Shown: positions 61,858-64,000 of the stretch, piece by piece
Position numbering within the stretch: the stretch's first letter is position 1
How the letters are laid out: each line of letters opens with the position of its first letter
NCBI GenBank assembly: GCA_030264375.1
Contig: JASCQW010000122.1
Span: forward strand, 30,517,947 to 30,581,946
Reading direction: 5' to 3'
DNA: 64,000 nucleotides
Source: Carcharhinus longimanus
Lineage: Eukaryota
Program-made: the position numbers and the translations under genes
Notes under the pieces: generated by a model
The model's database searches: none
Told to the model about the DNA's origin: nothing
The model's input: the letters and a program-made list of their open reading frames with translations, nothing else

Positions 61858-64000
61858 ACTCAGACTTCTAACAGCGTATTAAGTTCATAATTTCTGCTGA
61901 ACAACCTCTTTGACCCTCAAAACCTTATATATATGGAATGTCAAATTTTGCCACTGCTATAAATTAAATATTTTTAAAATAATGTTGCATAAAATGTATG
62001 ACTTTTCAGCTTCTATCTTGATTCCATGTTTAGGGCCTATTCTTTATTTCACTCTCTGTAAAATGGTATTAAAAGTAAAGGATAATCAGTACTATTAATT
62101 TCCTGTCTTGCAGTTAGTGAGAATTGTTCAATGGAATTGGCTACTTACCTTGCCTGACGTTAACACTATTGATGAATGACTATAATTCCCTTTGACATGG
62201 CACCAAATTCAGATATATGTCTGGATGGGGGAAACCCATACCACAGAGACCACTAGACCTTTGTGAAAAGCTTACCTCAAGGTCAGTGCCAAATCACTTT
62301 GCCCTTGACCACAAAATCTGAGCCAATGTTTTTAGTTACATTAAAACAACACTCTGGTCCTGCTCATTCTTCACCATTGCCCATTATTCCACCAAAACCA
62401 AACTCAACTATCAAAATTACTGTTCTCTATGTCTTCCATGAACACCTTCCAGTGACACGCGAAGACCAGGATTAATGCCATCAGTGAAAGAATTGAGAAT
62501 GACAGCAATCCTCTCAAAACCTTTTACATACAAATAGAGTTAATGGAAGTCCTTTCACTAATGTTAACACTATTGGAGTTCTCTCATCCATCACTGTGAA
62601 AGTAACAAAGGTAAATGGTGAAGAACTAGAATAGTGTGTGGATGAGAAACAACAGTAAAGATGGTTTTTAGTTTGTGGCTGATATCGCTTCTTCACAGTC
62701 AGAACAATCACCATTCACTGCCCACTTCATACTAATCAATGATGGAGACGCAACTGAATTTTGCATTCAGTAAGAGTTGTTCAATTGAACAGCAGCAATA
62801 ATAATAGTGACTGGGAAGGTTTTTCTATTTAATATTATCATTCTATTTCTACAACAGCAACATTGTCAATTGTTGTGGTGGCAAATCTTCTCACAGGTAC
62901 TAATGACAGGACCATATAAGAGGATGGTATAGGTGTCAGAGGCATTACAAATGCTGCCATAGCCAAGGATTTGTGGATTAATGTGAACACATATCCTTTG
63001 CTGCTAACTAAGCCTTTATTTACCCTCAGATCTCTAATACCCTTATACTCTTTTTCTCTCTCAGTATCTTAATGTAAAGGGTACTCATTAATGTAAAGGG
63101 CAACCTCTTCAAATGCTCAACTACTGTCAATGTTGTTATCTATCTAGTCAGAGTGACTATCGGTCTGGCATCTCAAGCTTCCCTTCAATATTTTCATGCG
63201 CACCAGACATATCGCTCCCCTCTCTGTTACTGCAGGAAAGGCTGCAGGTGGCTGGCCCATCTGGGATAGCAGCTGCTCTGAGCTGAAAATCAGCTGAGGC
63301 TGGATGATGGCAACTTCTGTTGTATGAAAGAAGTTTGCAGCCAGTGAGCTATCTTGTGAGAACAGGCAGGTGTGAGGTGATTCATTTATTGAGTCAACTT
63401 TCAATAATTGTGTTTTACTTCTTTTAACATCAGATGGTCCTGTTCTACACCTCTCCTTCCTGGACAGGATTTTCATGCTGATCATTTCCCCTCTTCGTCA
63501 CCTTCGTTTTCATTCACGTTATCTTCAGGTTCTGGATGCAACATGCCTTTTTTTTTGTGGCAACATTATGAGCACACTGCATGATAACACATTCCAAGAG
63601 AAACTAACTGTGTTAACTAACTCCTGAGGGGAGTATCGGTGGCCTTCTTAATGAAATGGTGAACTGACAACAGGCTAATGTGGTGTATATCACCTGATAT
63701 TGCCAGGGAGAATTGAGTTCAAGGTGGTTTAAGGTTTACCTAACTTGTTATAGTCAGAACTGCTCCTGCTCCCCTGGCCTGCAGCCCTTAAATCAGCAGA
63801 TTATCTATTTCTCCAACAGCCTTCAGTAGGAGAAAATGAAAGGAAAGTGTAGCCTTCTGAAGCACAGATAATCAAATGGACCCTCTTAGTGTGTAGACCT
63901 GATGACTGAGTGCTGATGTTGAGAGGAGACCTGTCTTCTATGATACTGGACTACCATCACTTTTAATTTGACATTTTTATATCTTCATTCTCCTCCTTTT

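Noticed and set aside
62149-62220. 72-nt exon-like segment as the genuine upstream ADAM12 exon
   Set aside because: In-frame stop and no similarity to the expected peptide; kept only as a poison-exon candidate
1-64000. CRISPR arrays, operons or other prokaryotic systems
   Set aside because: The sequence is vertebrate intron/exon DNA with no regularly spaced repeat-spacer array or bacterial gene density

Overview
This is eukaryotic, repeat-rich genomic DNA, almost certainly from a shark or other elasmobranch (many HE1-type V-SINEs, CR1 and Rex1/Babar LINEs, Deu-domain SINEs). The window lies inside one gene on the minus strand, ADAM12 (meltrin-alpha). I reconstructed eight consecutive internal coding exons by hand (about 1176 nt, 392 codons, all intron phases compatible). 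They span the metalloprotease domain with an intact [12 protein letters not shown] zinc site and Met-turn, the disintegrin domain and the cysteine-rich domain. The gene start and end are outside the window, and one exon's acceptor falls in an assembly gap. The introns are a nested mosaic of decayed elements (Gypsy remnant, candidate solo LTRs, CR1, Rex1, Penelope fragments, Harbinger-like remnants and MITEs, several SINE families). The most notable non-obvious signals are two ~87-bp Penelope-derived mini-elements with intact minimal hammerhead ribozyme motifs on the pre-mRNA strand, a perfect 26-bp-arm palindrome formed inside a SINE, V-SINEs with two alternative LINE-derived tails, and a candidate 72-nt poison exon. 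No new protein-coding system is supported. Repeat family names come from motif recognition, not database searches, and repeat boundaries are approximate.
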